From positions 97,266 to 161,265 of the IMG/VR virus record IMGVR_UViG_3300030419_004857: a DNA stretch of 64,000 nt. One strand, given 5' to 3'. The notes under the pieces were generated by a model. The model was not told where the DNA came from and did not search any database. It saw only the letters and a list, made by a program, of their open reading frames with translations. Each line of letters starts with the position of its first letter. Positions within the stretch are counted from its first letter, which is position 1. Position numbers and translations under genes: made by a program. Positions 28,993 through 39,595 of this stretch are shown one piece after another. This DNA comes from a virus.

Positions 28993-31195
28993 TAAGGTCT
29001 ACATATCGTGCCAAATCTTTGATAGCTTCACTCGGCTTATCGAAATGATTTGAACCAAAGCTACGGCACACAGCTTTGACAAGGGGATACTTCTCCCACA
29101 ATGCCTTCTCCGCTTTGTTAAAATCCTCCTTACTAATACCGTTATTGATTTTCTCTACTTTTATTTCCGCACAGTTCACCAATGTCTTAACTGCTTTATA
29201 TTCTTCACTCTCCTCTACCTTTTCGGATTCATAGAGCTTCATGAAGTTCTTGAGGTCGTTATCTGTCTCAGTTAGCTTGCTGAGTGTCAAGGCATCTTCA
29301 TAATCAATATTATGATTCTGATAACGGAACAGGTCGGAACGACCCTCTCTCATTCCAATTATAGTGCGATAGCCTTTGTTGTCAAGATAATCTTCGGCAA
29401 TTTCTTCAGCTTTGTCAAAGATATTGACCCAAACACCAGCCGCTTCCAGATCACGAAACTTCTTACTGTTCTTAACTGCTGTCTTAACACCATAGATTTT
29501 ATCAATACTAATACCGAGTTTGGCACACTTATCAATAATAGTCTGGAGAACCTCACATCTGTTGCTATAATCACCCCACTGTTTCTTAGGGTTCTTAAAC
29601 TTGTACCTATTGATCTCTACAAAGTAGCCACCTTCCTTAAGATCTTTAGTCACATCATCCCAGTTGTCATTAGGCTTTCCCCACATTGAAGTGTTACCAT
29701 TCCAAACAGCAATCTTAGTTCTAGCTTCAGTGTCGGAGTAAGAACTAGAGTTATCCGGCCTAGGCAAATCAGATGCCAGATAAATATCACTATCCTTACA
29801 TCCCAGAGTATCCTTGAGTTCTTGGATAGCAGTATCATCACCCTTAACAAGATAGACCCTAAAGCCTGTGTCAGAACCTCCCCATCTGTTGTGGGTAGTA
29901 TTGTCCTTAACAAGTTGCTTGGTCCTACCGATAGCACCACGCTTAAGGTCATCTACATAGATAACATAATTACCCTTGGGAGCAATACCAGTTTTGCCAT
30001 CTCTTTGGACTGCTTCTTTCCATCCGTCCCTGTAGAACATCACTACACTAAGACCATCAATATGCCCTGTGCTAATGTGATAACCCCACTGGGTACTCTC
30101 AGGGAATAGCTTATGACCCTTCCATACAGCATTTTCTTTGTCGATGCTTTGACCGATTCTACCTAGCTGACGATCTGAGTCACAAATCTCAACGAATTGC
30201 TTCCTAGCATCCCAGAGGGTTTCAGCATCCTCAATTGACTTCTCGACAATACCAGCGGCCTGTTCGAGAACTTGCTCGCACTTTCTAATGATAGCCTTCT
30301 GAGTGTAGTCATTATAGCTAAGAGATTCACGAGAAGGCGTGATATTAATTTCACCAATGTCAAAGAACAAATCTGTCTTCGACATCAATACTGACTTAAT
30401 CTCATTAGGAAAATCACCCATAGCGTCTTGGTCGATTTCGTAGCAGACTTGACCCATGATAGCACTGGCATAATAATTAGTTCCACTACCATCGTGAACA
30501 GACCAGCCGTCACCTTCAAGGAGATACTTGACTGGTTCGAGTTCAATCTTCTGACCAGAGACTTTAGGCTTAACTTTGAAGTAGGTGTAAATCTCAGTAG
30601 CTTCTTCAGCAAACCTGTCGAAGTCATTATCATAAGTATGAGACTGCACAGGGAAGCTAACCCTCAAGCCGTTAGGTTCACTGGTATCCTTTTCATTAAG
30701 CATGGCAAACACAGGTTCTTCACGCTCATTCTTATACGCTGTATAGGTACGATGCTTACCGTTATAAAATGACTCAACAGAAAAGCTATCGTTATAAGCG
30801 AAGGGTGACTTACTACCAAGACCCATGCACCCAACAGCATCATTACTATCGGTTCGATTAGACCGAAAATAGGTAGTATACAGATCCATACAATCTTCAT
30901 GAGAAAGACCTGTACCAAAATCCCGAATAGAAAAATGGGGTTCCATCGAATTAGGCAAGTGAACCTCGAAGGGAACGTCTGTCTTTCCAGCATCGACGTG
31001 AGAGTCGTAAGCATTTGTGCTAAGTTCACGAACAACCGCTCTAATCTTGTTGGCATACAAGCCATCAGAAAGAATGGAGAAGGCTTTTGCTGTAGCGTCA
31101 ATAGTGTAATTCGATTCCTCGAAGTTACCGGACCTTCCAATTACATTAACATTTTTGTCCAACTTCATTTCTTTTCCCTCGATCAACAAAAACAA
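28964..31195 (-). CDS. rIIA: rIIA-like protein (GHKL ATPase N-terminus)
   Basis: LYANKIRAVVRELSTNAYDS, IRDFGTG, GLGSKSPFAY, PSRESLSY; upstream of rIIB. Confidence 0.9.
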   Translation of the reverse strand: MFLLIEGKEMKLDKNVNVIGRSGNFEESNYTIDATAKAFSILSDGLYANKIRAVVRELSTNAYDSHVDAGKTDVPFEVHLPNSMEPHFSIRDFGTGLSHEDCMDLYTTYFRSNRTDSNDAVGCMGLGSKSPFAYNDSFSVESFYNGKHRTYTAYKNEREEPVFAMLNEKDTSEPNGLRVSFPVQSHTYDNDFDRFAEEATEIYTYFKVKPKVSGQKIELEPVKYLLEGDGWSVHDGSGTNYYASAIMGQVCYEIDQDAMGDFPNEIKSVLMSKTDLFFDIGEINITPSRESLSYNDYTQKAIIRKCEQVLEQAAGIVEKSIEDAETLWDARKQFVEICDSDRQLGRIGQSIDKENAVWKGHKLFPESTQWGYHISTGHIDGLSVVMFYRDGWKEAVQRDGKTGIAPKGNYVIYVDDLKRGAIGRTKQLVKDNTTHNRWGGSDTGFRVYLVKGDDTAIQELKDTLGCKDSDIYLASDLPRPDNSSSYSDTEARTKIAVWNGNTSMWGKPNDNWDDVTKDLKEGGYFVEINRYKFKNPKKQWGDYSNRCEVLQTIIDKCAKLGISIDKIYGVKTAVKNSKKFRDLEAAGVWVNIFDKAEEIAEDYLDNKGYRTIIGMREGRSDLFRYQNHNIDYEDALTLSKLTETDNDLKNFMKLYESEKVEESEEYKAVKTLVNCAEIKVEKINNGISKEDFNKAEKALWEKYPLVKAVCRSFGSNHFDKPSEAIKDLARYVDLIEKESKDEN

Positions 31196-31212
31196 AAATT
31201 CAACCCGTGTGA

Positions 31213-31240
31213 ATTATAGCCGACAATCAGGATTTGTCAA
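31213..31240 (-). promoter_or_regulatory. sigma70-type promoter of rIIA
   Basis: TTGACA-N16-TATAAT. Confidence 0.75.
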
Positions 31241-31718
31241 CACCGCCTTCCTTCGATTTTAGAAATTTTTTAATTGGCCTAACCAAATAATGTCCGATGA
31301 ACCCACCTATCCTTGGCATACCAAGAGAGGTTCTGATATAGTTTTCCAGTCTGGTTAACGGACATATCTCTCTAGTGAATGTAACCGTAAGGATAAAACT
31401 GTTGAGAGGCATCCATACTAAAAGTGGATACAAGAATGGTAAGATAAAAAAGGCAACAATATTTACAGCTATAACAAAAGCGTGAAAAGTTACTAATGAA
31501 TAAAAGAAAATCTTCTTTGCGAGATCTTTTTTCCTGCTTCCGGTTCTATCTTTATAAAGCTCCCTAAGCATCTCAAGGCTAACTTTTAGTGAATCATTGT
31601 CAGTATGTTGACCGATTTCTTGTTCCAATCTCGCAGTAAGTTCTCTGGCATCGTCTGCATCCAGAAAATCATCCATTATTTCTACAATACTGTTGGCTTC
31701 TTGTACACTAGTAGGCAT
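31227..31718 (-). CDS. DUF2784-like membrane protein
   Basis: TM helices with H...CPLTRLEN...GGFIGHY. Confidence 0.6.
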   Translation of the reverse strand: MPTSVQEANSIVEIMDDFLDADDARELTARLEQEIGQHTDNDSLKVSLEMLRELYKDRTGSRKKDLAKKIFFYSLVTFHAFVIAVNIVAFFILPFLYPLLVWMPLNSFILTVTFTREICPLTRLENYIRTSLGMPRIGGFIGHYLVRPIKKFLKSKEGGVDKS

Positions 31719-31750
31719 TTTGTGACCTCTCTACCTTTACGTTTTAATTA

Positions 31751-32590
31751 CTAGATAATTGCTCTACCTTTTAGACTCTCCCAATCCTTCTCTGGTCTAG
31801 CCATGAGATTAGTATTCCAAGCTCCCTGTACGGTATTAGCCTTTATGCATAAAGTTTGAGCAAGATGCATTAGGGCATTTATATCTTTGGGGAAACAGCT
31901 TCCACCAAATCCGTAGTGGCCGTCAGGTCCGGGTACGGACCAATGTGTGTTTCCTAGACGCTCATCATGTAAAGCATATTCTGCTACTTTATCGTAATCT
32001 ATATCTAGGCTTTCACAGATGGCATACATTTCATTTGCAAACGAAACTTTAACTGCAAGAAATGAATTGGTTAAATACTTTACCATTTCTGCTACCGTTG
32101 AGTCTGTTTTAATAATATGTGCGCTGGGAAATATTCTGGAATAAAACTGTTTCAGTCTTGTTGTTGCTGGTCTGGGACCACCCAGAATAACTCGTGTGGT
32201 ATTTTGAAAATCTTCTTCAGCATTACGTTCAAGCAAAAATTCTGGATTAAAAACTATCTGTGAATCTTGACATAATTCTTGTAATGACTTTGTTGTGTTT
32301 GGTGGGATGGTAGATTTGATTGCAATAATATTCTTTCTTCCGGTACTACAGGCTTGCTTCACAACTTCTTCCACTATGGAAACATCACAAGAGCCGTCTT
32401 CCTTCATGGGGGTTGGAACACAAACAAATAGTAATTCACAAACTCTAGACAGATCAAAAACATTTTTATGAGTAGATAAATCTGTACGCATCTTATCGTA
32501 AGTGTAAACCTTATAATGTGGAGAAAAACTGCTGGCTAAAGCACTTCCCACAAACCCCTGTCCAATTATTCCGACGTTCTGTATTTTCAT
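31751..32590 (-). CDS. UDP-glucose/GDP-mannose dehydrogenase family (lacks C-terminal domain)
   Basis: GQGFVG, CVPTP, KSTIPP, NPEFL, AEMVKY, GFGGSCFPKD. Confidence 0.9.
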   Translation of the reverse strand: MKIQNVGIIGQGFVGSALASSFSPHYKVYTYDKMRTDLSTHKNVFDLSRVCELLFVCVPTPMKEDGSCDVSIVEEVVKQACSTGRKNIIAIKSTIPPNTTKSLQELCQDSQIVFNPEFLLERNAEEDFQNTTRVILGGPRPATTRLKQFYSRIFPSAHIIKTDSTVAEMVKYLTNSFLAVKVSFANEMYAICESLDIDYDKVAEYALHDERLGNTHWSVPGPDGHYGFGGSCFPKDINALMHLAQTLCIKANTVQGAWNTNLMARPEKDWESLKGRAII

Positions 32591-33792
32591 AGTTCTGTTA
32601 CCGCCTCTTTTATAAAAGAGATTGCATGATTAGCATCTTCAATAGAAAACGTAAGAGGAGGCCGAAGTCTTATTGATCTTTTTCCAGATTTTAAAACGAG
32701 CATATTTTTCGAGAGCTTAGATATAACAAGATCTCTAACATATTCCTCAGAAAGATCGAATGCTATCATTAATCCTCTACCACGAACATTATCTATTACT
32801 GGCAGCTTTCTTAACTCCCAAAGTAAATGTCTTCCAATATCTTCTGCATTGTTAATTAAATTATTTTTCTGAATTGCATCTATTATGTATCTCGATCTAA
32901 TCATATCTACTATATTGCCACCCCAAGTAGAATTAATCCTACCACTGGTGTTAAAAACATTGTCCTTAACCTCATCTATTCTCTCAGTTGAACAAAATCC
33001 ACACACCTGAGTTTTCTTACCAAAGCACATAATATCTGGAACAATATTAAAATGTTCGTATGCCCACATTTTACCAGTTAGCCCCATACCCGTCTGTACT
33101 TCATCAAATATAAGTAAGCAATCATTGTCGTCTGCTATACGTCTAAGATTAGTAAAAAACTCTAGAGGAAAATGATTGTCGCCGCCCTCCCCTTGTATGG
33201 GTTCTATAATAATAGCAGCTACTTCACTATGAATACGTTTTTCTATATCTTTCCAATCAGGCTCTACCGTTGTCCATCTAAACTTGGGGAATAGAGCAGT
33301 TTTTTCTGGGGTAGTATTAGTCAGGGACAGAGTATACCCCGTCCTTCCATGAAAAGCATTCTTAAGATGGAAGACATCTAGATTGTTAATGTCGACTGTG
33401 TGGCTGTAGTTTAACTTTTTAGCTTTCCAGTCAAAGGCAGCTTTCAATGCATTCTCTACAGCCAACGCCCCACCATCTATAAAGAAATAGTGTTTGAAGT
33501 CTGGAGTAATCTCAGAGAACTTGTCAACAAAATCGGCGTACTCCTCTGAGTACATATCGCTATTGGCCAATTTAATCCTGCCTGAAATACCCATTTCGTT
33601 TTGAGCTTTCAGCAGCGCCGGATGTCTCCATCCTAATGGTTGGCTGGCAAACTGTGAATAACAATCAAGATATTTATTACCATCAGTATCAACCACCCAA
33701 GATCCTTCACTGGACATTGGGTCAACGACAACATGAAATCCGTCTGTTAATATATGTTTTGAAAGCCTGTCTATAACTTGAGAGTTAGACAT
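32587..33792 (-). CDS. lat: L-lysine 6-transaminase-like class III aminotransferase
   Basis: GALAVENALKAAFDWK, AFHGRTGYTLSLT, EPIQGEGGD, DEVQTG, FGKKTQVCG, RINSTWGG. Confidence 0.85.
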   Translation of the reverse strand: MSNSQVIDRLSKHILTDGFHVVVDPMSSEGSWVVDTDGNKYLDCYSQFASQPLGWRHPALLKAQNEMGISGRIKLANSDMYSEEYADFVDKFSEITPDFKHYFFIDGGALAVENALKAAFDWKAKKLNYSHTVDINNLDVFHLKNAFHGRTGYTLSLTNTTPEKTALFPKFRWTTVEPDWKDIEKRIHSEVAAIIIEPIQGEGGDNHFPLEFFTNLRRIADDNDCLLIFDEVQTGMGLTGKMWAYEHFNIVPDIMCFGKKTQVCGFCSTERIDEVKDNVFNTSGRINSTWGGNIVDMIRSRYIIDAIQKNNLINNAEDIGRHLLWELRKLPVIDNVRGRGLMIAFDLSEEYVRDLVISKLSKNMLVLKSGKRSIRLRPPLTFSIEDANHAISFIKEAVTEL

Positions 33793-34577
33793 TTTACTGC
33801 TCCTCCAGCCTTCATAAATTCTGACATGTTACACCAATGGGCATTATACTGGCTTCCAAATGAATCAATTCCTTCAATACAAGGTGTTATTACATTGTTG
33901 TTAACTTCAACAGTATTACATATAAACTGTTCGGCTTCGGGGTTGCTCACATTTAGTATATCCACAGGTTTTCCGCTGAATAAACATCTCTCAAATATAG
34001 ACTTCATCATTTTGTCAGCAGATTCTTCAGAAAATGCATCACGATGATAAACAATTCTATCATTCATAGGAAAGAAACACGTATCTAAATGATAAAAATT
34101 CGGATTTACTAGTTCGCAAGAAACATAATCAACACCTAATGCATTAGCAATTATTTTGTGGGACTTTTTGCTTGTCCTAAAACCATATCCCAGATATAGA
34201 ACATCGTTAAAGAAAAGAGCGTCTCCAGCACCCTCAAAATAGATATCTTTTGGTAACTCGACTACACGATAGCCGTTATTAAGAAACCATTTCTTAAAAA
34301 GAACACTCTCCCCCTGTCTCTCTTTATGTTTATTGTTTGATAGTATAACAACATTATCCATTACTAATCCAGCATTAGCGGTAAAAACCATATCTGGAAA
34401 ATGCGGATGTGGTTTTATTAAACGAACCCTAGCTCCCAGATCAGTTATAGTATCATATAATATCTCCCACTGATCTTTTGCTAGATCGGTGTCTGGCTCA
34501 TTGTGTATATCCATCCAAGCGTTGATTTCGTAATCAACATTATAATGCTCTGGTGAACACATTAAGAATTCTGGCAT
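33771..34577 (-). CDS. amidinotransferase/DDAH-family (arginine dihydrolase-like) enzyme
   Basis: YEINAWM, PDMVFTANAG, ERQGE, FEGAGD, YHLDTC, KAGGAVKCLTL. Confidence 0.85.
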   Translation of the reverse strand: MPEFLMCSPEHYNVDYEINAWMDIHNEPDTDLAKDQWEILYDTITDLGARVRLIKPHPHFPDMVFTANAGLVMDNVVILSNNKHKERQGESVLFKKWFLNNGYRVVELPKDIYFEGAGDALFFNDVLYLGYGFRTSKKSHKIIANALGVDYVSCELVNPNFYHLDTCFFPMNDRIVYHRDAFSEESADKMMKSIFERCLFSGKPVDILNVSNPEAEQFICNTVEVNNNVITPCIEGIDSFGSQYNAHWCNMSEFMKAGGAVKCLTLKL

Positions 34578-34581
34578 CCAG

Positions 34582-36075
34582 CTACTCCGATCCAGTATTC
34601 ATTCCTTGTGGAAAGTTTAGGCTATCGCCGTGATTGACAGTCCAAGCAACTTCATGAGTAACGGATCTGAAAGTTCGAGCAGCACTAGGCTGTCCGTTGC
34701 CAGACTTCTTTACTCCACCAAAACCCAAATGGCTCTCAGCAGCAATGCTGCCACCATTCCAATAACCCAAACCAAAATCACATTGGTTGCGAATTCTTCT
34801 AGCAACCTTGAAATCATTTGTTAGAACCCCCAAAGACAATCCATAATCAGTATCATTATAAATATTAATGGCTTCTGTTACGGTGTCGTAAGGAATGATT
34901 GCAACGTGTGGTCCAAAGACTTCATTCTTTAGGTATGGAGCATCTCTCCACTCTGTCTTATAAACTGTTGGAGTCATAAATAACCCGTTTGGGTCAGATC
35001 TAACCCCAGCCAATAAAACATCAACATTGTTGTCAGTGAAGACCATGCTGTTAAAATGTTCAACTTTATCCAACCCCTGTTTGTTTACAAGGGGTCCGTA
35101 AAAAGTCTCGGGATCAAATGGGTCTCCTGTTTTGAGCATAGCACTTCTTGCTGCAAACTCTTCTGCAAATGGTTTATATAAAGATCTATGAATAATCATT
35201 CTACCGGCAGAAACACATCTCTGTCCTGACAATTTGTAAGCGCTAGCTAGACAAGCAGCCATAGCCATATCAAAATTGGCATCTTCATGCACAATTACAG
35301 CAGACTTACTGCCCATCTCACACGAGCAAGTCTTGTGCCAACTTTCTGCACATACTTTTCGGACGTGCATTCCCACTTCTGCACTACCAGTAAAACACAC
35401 ATGATCTACTGGTTGGTGAATTATCCAGTTGCCAGTTTTTCCATCTCCTTGTAGAAGATTAAAAACACCGGGTGGAAATCCCGCATCGTGATATAGCTGT
35501 GCTGTTATTTGACCAATTAGAGGAACATCCTCACTAGGTTTTAGAATTACAGTATTACCCTCAACAAGAGCAGGACCAGCGCACCAAAAACCGCCAATCG
35601 CAAAAGGAAAATTAAAAGGCGCAATAATTGCAACGACTCCTTTTGGCTTCCTAAGCATGTACGCATCTTTTTCCGGCAATTCTGAAGCAATTGCTTCACC
35701 ATAAGGCATTCTCCCTGTACCAAAAGCATATTGTGCCATATGCAGAGCTTCATTTACCTCTGCAATAGATTCATTTAAAACCTTTCCAGTTTCTACACTG
35801 ATAGCTTTCGCTATATAATCTCTTCTTTCCTCTATAAGATTAGCTAGATTAAGAAAGTATTCCGCTCTTTGAACTCTACTATACTCTCTCCAACCTAAGA
35901 AAGCCTCTTTAGCAAAATGATAAGTGCTTTCTATCTCGGCTAATTGGGCTTTAGGAACATCTCCTATGACTTCTTGGGTGGCTGGATTAATAGTCTTAAA
36001 AGAATCCTTTTCGCTTCCATCACTCCAACATCCGTTAATGTAATGCTTTCCCTTGGTAATAAGATCTGTAGTCAT
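34582..36075 (-). CDS. aldehyde dehydrogenase
   Basis: PFNFP, KPSE, FTGS, EMGSK, GQRC, EVFGP, FGGVKKSG. Confidence 0.95.
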   Translation of the reverse strand: MTTDLITKGKHYINGCWSDGSEKDSFKTINPATQEVIGDVPKAQLAEIESTYHFAKEAFLGWREYSRVQRAEYFLNLANLIEERRDYIAKAISVETGKVLNESIAEVNEALHMAQYAFGTGRMPYGEAIASELPEKDAYMLRKPKGVVAIIAPFNFPFAIGGFWCAGPALVEGNTVILKPSEDVPLIGQITAQLYHDAGFPPGVFNLLQGDGKTGNWIIHQPVDHVCFTGSAEVGMHVRKVCAESWHKTCSCEMGSKSAVIVHEDANFDMAMAACLASAYKLSGQRCVSAGRMIIHRSLYKPFAEEFAARSAMLKTGDPFDPETFYGPLVNKQGLDKVEHFNSMVFTDNNVDVLLAGVRSDPNGLFMTPTVYKTEWRDAPYLKNEVFGPHVAIIPYDTVTEAINIYNDTDYGLSLGVLTNDFKVARRIRNQCDFGLGYWNGGSIAAESHLGFGGVKKSGNGQPSAARTFRSVTHEVAWTVNHGDSLNFPQGMNTGSE

Positions 36076-36077
36076 TA

Positions 36078-36578
36078 TTATAATCCTTTCGTACTATTCA
36101 TTAAGTCCCGAACTGAATTTTGACAGAACCCTTTAGATCCTCTCTCAATTAGTTCTATAATTATTCCACCCATGTAGTCTAATGGCTTAGTAAAAATTTG
36201 CCTGAGATCATCGTCTGGACAATCAATAATATCATCTGTTAGAAACTCGACTGTTCCTTTACTTCTCCAATCGTTAACTATACTGTCTATGTCTTTAACT
36301 TTATAAGCTATATGATGCACACCTCCAACCCCTCCCCTAGCTTCAACCCAGTCACCAACAATTGATCCGGGGGTTCCATCAGAAATAAAAATTTCTGGAC
36401 CTTCACGAACTAAAACAATTGGAAGAAGAGGAGGAATAAGAGCATAACATTCTGCCTTAGAGCCATCATCAAAATCTATATCAAACTCCGCTCCAACTTC
36501 ATAGTTGAGCATTGATTGAAAAAAATTAACAGCCTTATGTCTGTCTGCAACTCTAAGAGCAATATGATCCAGTTTCAT
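36078..36578 (-). CDS. VOC-fold metalloenzyme (HPPD C-domain-like)
   Basis: LDHIA, GGVHHIAY, LRQIFTKP, IELIER, GF. Confidence 0.75.
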   Translation of the reverse strand: MKLDHIALRVADRHKAVNFFQSMLNYEVGAEFDIDFDDGSKAECYALIPPLLPIVLVREGPEIFISDGTPGSIVGDWVEARGGVGGVHHIAYKVKDIDSIVNDWRSKGTVEFLTDDIIDCPDDDLRQIFTKPLDYMGGIIIELIERGSKGFCQNSVRDLMNSTKGL

Positions 36579-36979
36579 AGCGGGTTTCCGTACCTATCCT
36601 TTCCCTCAAGATTGTCTATTTCTTCCCACACTTCTTCCCATCCGGTTTCGTCATCCCCTCTAACCCTAGCCGCTTTATCGTCTATATATATAGCACCGGC
36701 TGGCTTGCCCATCCAAGCATAGGTATATTTAACACCATGCTTCTCAAGCCAGTCGGTCCACTCTCTGTAACCCCTTTCGTACTGACGATGGATATTGCCA
36801 TTCTCTCTATCGCCGTAACGGGCTGTATATAGAACAACCTCAAAACCCATGTCGTATAGTTTATTAACTTGTTCTATACCATGAGGTAGAGGATCAGCCT
36901 TAGCGTATTCACCGCCATGCTTTTTTCCTGCTATCACTCCGTCACAATCTACGATTAATCTTTTCGCTGAATCTGGCAT
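36575..36979 (-). CDS. HAD-like phosphatase (capsule-biosynthesis type)
   Basis: VDCDGVI, YTAR, GKP, YIDDKA. Confidence 0.8.
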   Translation of the reverse strand: MPDSAKRLIVDCDGVIAGKKHGGEYAKADPLPHGIEQVNKLYDMGFEVVLYTARYGDRENGNIHRQYERGYREWTDWLEKHGVKYTYAWMGKPAGAIYIDDKAARVRGDDETGWEEVWEEIDNLEGKDRYGNPL

Positions 36980-37049
36980 TGTTTTCTCCTATGGTGAGAT
37001 TTCCACATAAGATAGTAACTAAACCATTCAAAAAAAACAAATCAAATAG

Positions 37050-37123
37050 TACCCTCGGCAGGACTCGAACCTGCAACCTACGGTTTAGAAGACCGTTGCT
37101 CTGTCCTGTTGAGCTACGAAGGC
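37050..37123 (-). tRNA. tRNA-Arg(UCU)
   Basis: cloverleaf GCCTTCG...ACGGT-CTTCTAA-ACCGT...GGTTCGAGTCC...CGAGGGT-A. Confidence 0.92.
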
Positions 37124-37389
37124 CCGTCGAAGCCTCCGTTTTCCTTATATTCATCTATAATTGTGTCAGTAGATACCATAGTGTCATTGACCGTATCTAA
37201 AATAAAAGGTTCTCGATTAGAGGGAAAGCCTCGTTCGTTAACTATAAACGCCTCTCCTAAAGTAACATTTCTACCTGTCTCGTGATAAGTTTTTGTAGCT
37301 TTATATACCGCCAGAAGACAGGCTTTGTTTGGGTCGTTGGCTTGAACTACTTCTTGTAAAGTTCCGGTCTCTACATAGTATTTTGGCAT
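37114..37389 (-). CDS. hypothetical protein
   Basis: 91 aa ORF. Confidence 0.55.
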   Translation of the reverse strand: MPKYYVETGTLQEVVQANDPNKACLLAVYKATKTYHETGRNVTLGEAFIVNERGFPSNREPFILDTVNDTMVSTDTIIDEYKENGGFDGPS

Positions 37390-39185
37390 TAGACAGTTAC
37401 ACTCTTTGCTAGGTTACGAGGACGGTCAGGATTAAGCCCTTTTTCAACAGCCACATAATACGCAAGTAGCTGTAGTACAACATTTGCTGAAAGCGGTTCC
37501 ATCGCAGGATTATGCAGAGCATATGTTTGAAAAGTCCAGTCTGCAACTTCTTTAACTCTATCATAATTAACAGGGCTGGTAATAGCAAACACTTTTCCGT
37601 TTCTAGATTTAACTTCTCTCATATTAGAAATAATTGCATCCATGCCAAAAGAGCCAGTAACAGTAAATATACTTGGAGTCTCTTCGTCAACTAAAGCGAT
37701 GGGTCCATGTTTCATTTCTGCCGCTGGCATACCCTCCGCATGGATATAGCTAACCTCCTTCAACTTAAGCGCACCCTCTAAAGCTATTGGATAGTCCCAA
37801 TGTCTGCCCAAAAATAGAGCATTATCATATTGAGATACAATCTTTGCAATAGTTGATATGTCTTGTTCACGGTCAAGCACATGTTTAATTCCATTGGCTA
37901 AGGCGTATTGGTAGTCTAATACTTTAAGCTCGTTTTCTTCAGATTCAGATGACCAGTGCCAAGCAAGTTCCCATAATGCATAACAAGTTAGAGTAAAGGT
38001 TTTAGTGGCCGCAACTCCTCGTTCAATGTTTGCACCAATATCAATCGTATTGAAGAAAGAATTGCCAAGATGGGAGAAGGGTTGATTTGTAACTATAAAT
38101 ATACTGTCCGATCTCTCATTATGAGATGCACGAATAATATCTTTAGTTTCTCCACTTTGACTTATGTAGATTCTAGTTTCTTTAGGATCTTTAAGCGTTG
38201 CGTTAATAGCCTCGCTTCCGTAAGTTACCTTAGTGGGGATCTTTGCGAGTTCCTCAAACCAAACCTTTGCCCACATAGCTGCATAATAGCTACTACCACA
38301 ACCAATTAGATGTAGCCTCTTTGGACGAAACGGAGGATGGTACATAGGGTAATTGCCCATGTCCTCCATGAGAGAATATTGTTCTTTAATTTCCTTAAGC
38401 ATATAATGCTCTTCGGACATTTTAGCGTCTTCAGACTCTTCTGGAATTACAACTACTCGGTTTGGAGGGCTATTATAATTTCTTACAGAAGATATAATTC
38501 CAGAGGAAGACACACATGCTGTTGAGTTGGTTAATACTTCAGCCTCCTTTGCCATTCCAGATATTGCATAAGAATCACTACTGATATATCCATTGTTAGT
38601 GACAAGCAATGATTTATCACCTTTGCTTGCACAAAAAATGTGATCCGGTAGCTTTGAGAACGACACTAAGAAGGCATTGTCGCCTTCAAGATTTTGAATT
38701 ACTGAGTTGACTATCATTAGATAGTCTTCTGTAGAGATGGTAGGTTTTTTACGCAGAGGCTTAGTAAAACGATCCTCACTTTCAGCGACCATCCAATGCT
38801 GCGTTGTTCGCACCTTTAATTGCTGAACAATATATTTTGTATCCAACATATCTGCTGGAGAATTATCTACAGTTCCATTATGAACTACAAATATAGTCTC
38901 TTGATTATCATGTTGCGGATGAGCATTTCCTTTAGTGACCTCTCCGTGGGTTGCCCATCTGGTATGACCTATTGCGGAATTATAATTATAATCCTTAAGT
39001 GTGTCTGCGTAAGCATCAAGCCTAGTGTTTTGAGATATAATTCCAACATCTCTACAGAGAAGTTTGGAACCCTCTTTAAACGCGCAAAAGCCGTAGCTGT
39101 CATAGCCACGGTATTCCATTCGTTTCATTCCTGTTATAACCGATTCAACAGGATTGTCTCCTACGCACCCGATCACACCGCACAT
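37389..39185 (-). CDS. glmS: glutamine--fructose-6-phosphate aminotransferase
   Basis: MCG, EYRGYDS, GHTRWATHG, HNG, SQSGET, EGALKLKE, RNLAKSVTV. Confidence 0.95.
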   Translation of the reverse strand: MCGVIGCVGDNPVESVITGMKRMEYRGYDSYGFCAFKEGSKLLCRDVGIISQNTRLDAYADTLKDYNYNSAIGHTRWATHGEVTKGNAHPQHDNQETIFVVHNGTVDNSPADMLDTKYIVQQLKVRTTQHWMVAESEDRFTKPLRKKPTISTEDYLMIVNSVIQNLEGDNAFLVSFSKLPDHIFCASKGDKSLLVTNNGYISSDSYAISGMAKEAEVLTNSTACVSSSGIISSVRNYNSPPNRVVVIPEESEDAKMSEEHYMLKEIKEQYSLMEDMGNYPMYHPPFRPKRLHLIGCGSSYYAAMWAKVWFEELAKIPTKVTYGSEAINATLKDPKETRIYISQSGETKDIIRASHNERSDSIFIVTNQPFSHLGNSFFNTIDIGANIERGVAATKTFTLTCYALWELAWHWSSESEENELKVLDYQYALANGIKHVLDREQDISTIAKIVSQYDNALFLGRHWDYPIALEGALKLKEVSYIHAEGMPAAEMKHGPIALVDEETPSIFTVTGSFGMDAIISNMREVKSRNGKVFAITSPVNYDRVKEVADWTFQTYALHNPAMEPLSANVVLQLLAYYVAVEKGLNPDRPRNLAKSVTV

Positions 39186-39595
39186 ACCACATCTCCATTT
39201 TTATCCGACCACCAAATATCATCTACTCCGATGGCAGACAATACTGTTTGACAATCACCACACGGCTTGGAATTTCTCAGAATACATCCTCTTGACACTC
39301 TTAAAGATACTAAACTAAATGAACTATCTATTTGAGTCTTTCCCCATGCTTTTTGTACTGCATTGATCTCTGCGTGAATATACGGATACTTGATGCGGTG
39401 ATGGGTTTTAAATCTTTTAGCAAAGTACAAAGCCTTAGCGCAAGGTTTATCTTCACAATTCTGACCGATAGATATCAGCCTGTTCTTTTTCCACAAGAAG
39501 GAAAAATGAAAAGCCTTACATTTTTTAGCACTATATCGTTCGGGAAAAAGTTGACAGGCTATCTGAACAGACTTATCAATGTTCTTCTGATTCAT
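39173..39595 (-). CDS. Zn-dependent cytidine deaminase-like protein
   Basis: HAE...SKPCGDC. Confidence 0.75.
   Translation of the reverse strand: MNQKNIDKSVQIACQLFPERYSAKKCKAFHFSFLWKKNRLISIGQNCEDKPCAKALYFAKRFKTHHRIKYPYIHAEINAVQKAWGKTQIDSSFSLVSLRVSRGCILRNSKPCGDCQTVLSAIGVDDIWWSDKNGDVVCAV

Noticed and set aside
39185-39300. Possible glmS ribozyme upstream of glmS
   Set aside because: No intergenic space; the start overlaps the deaminase ORF
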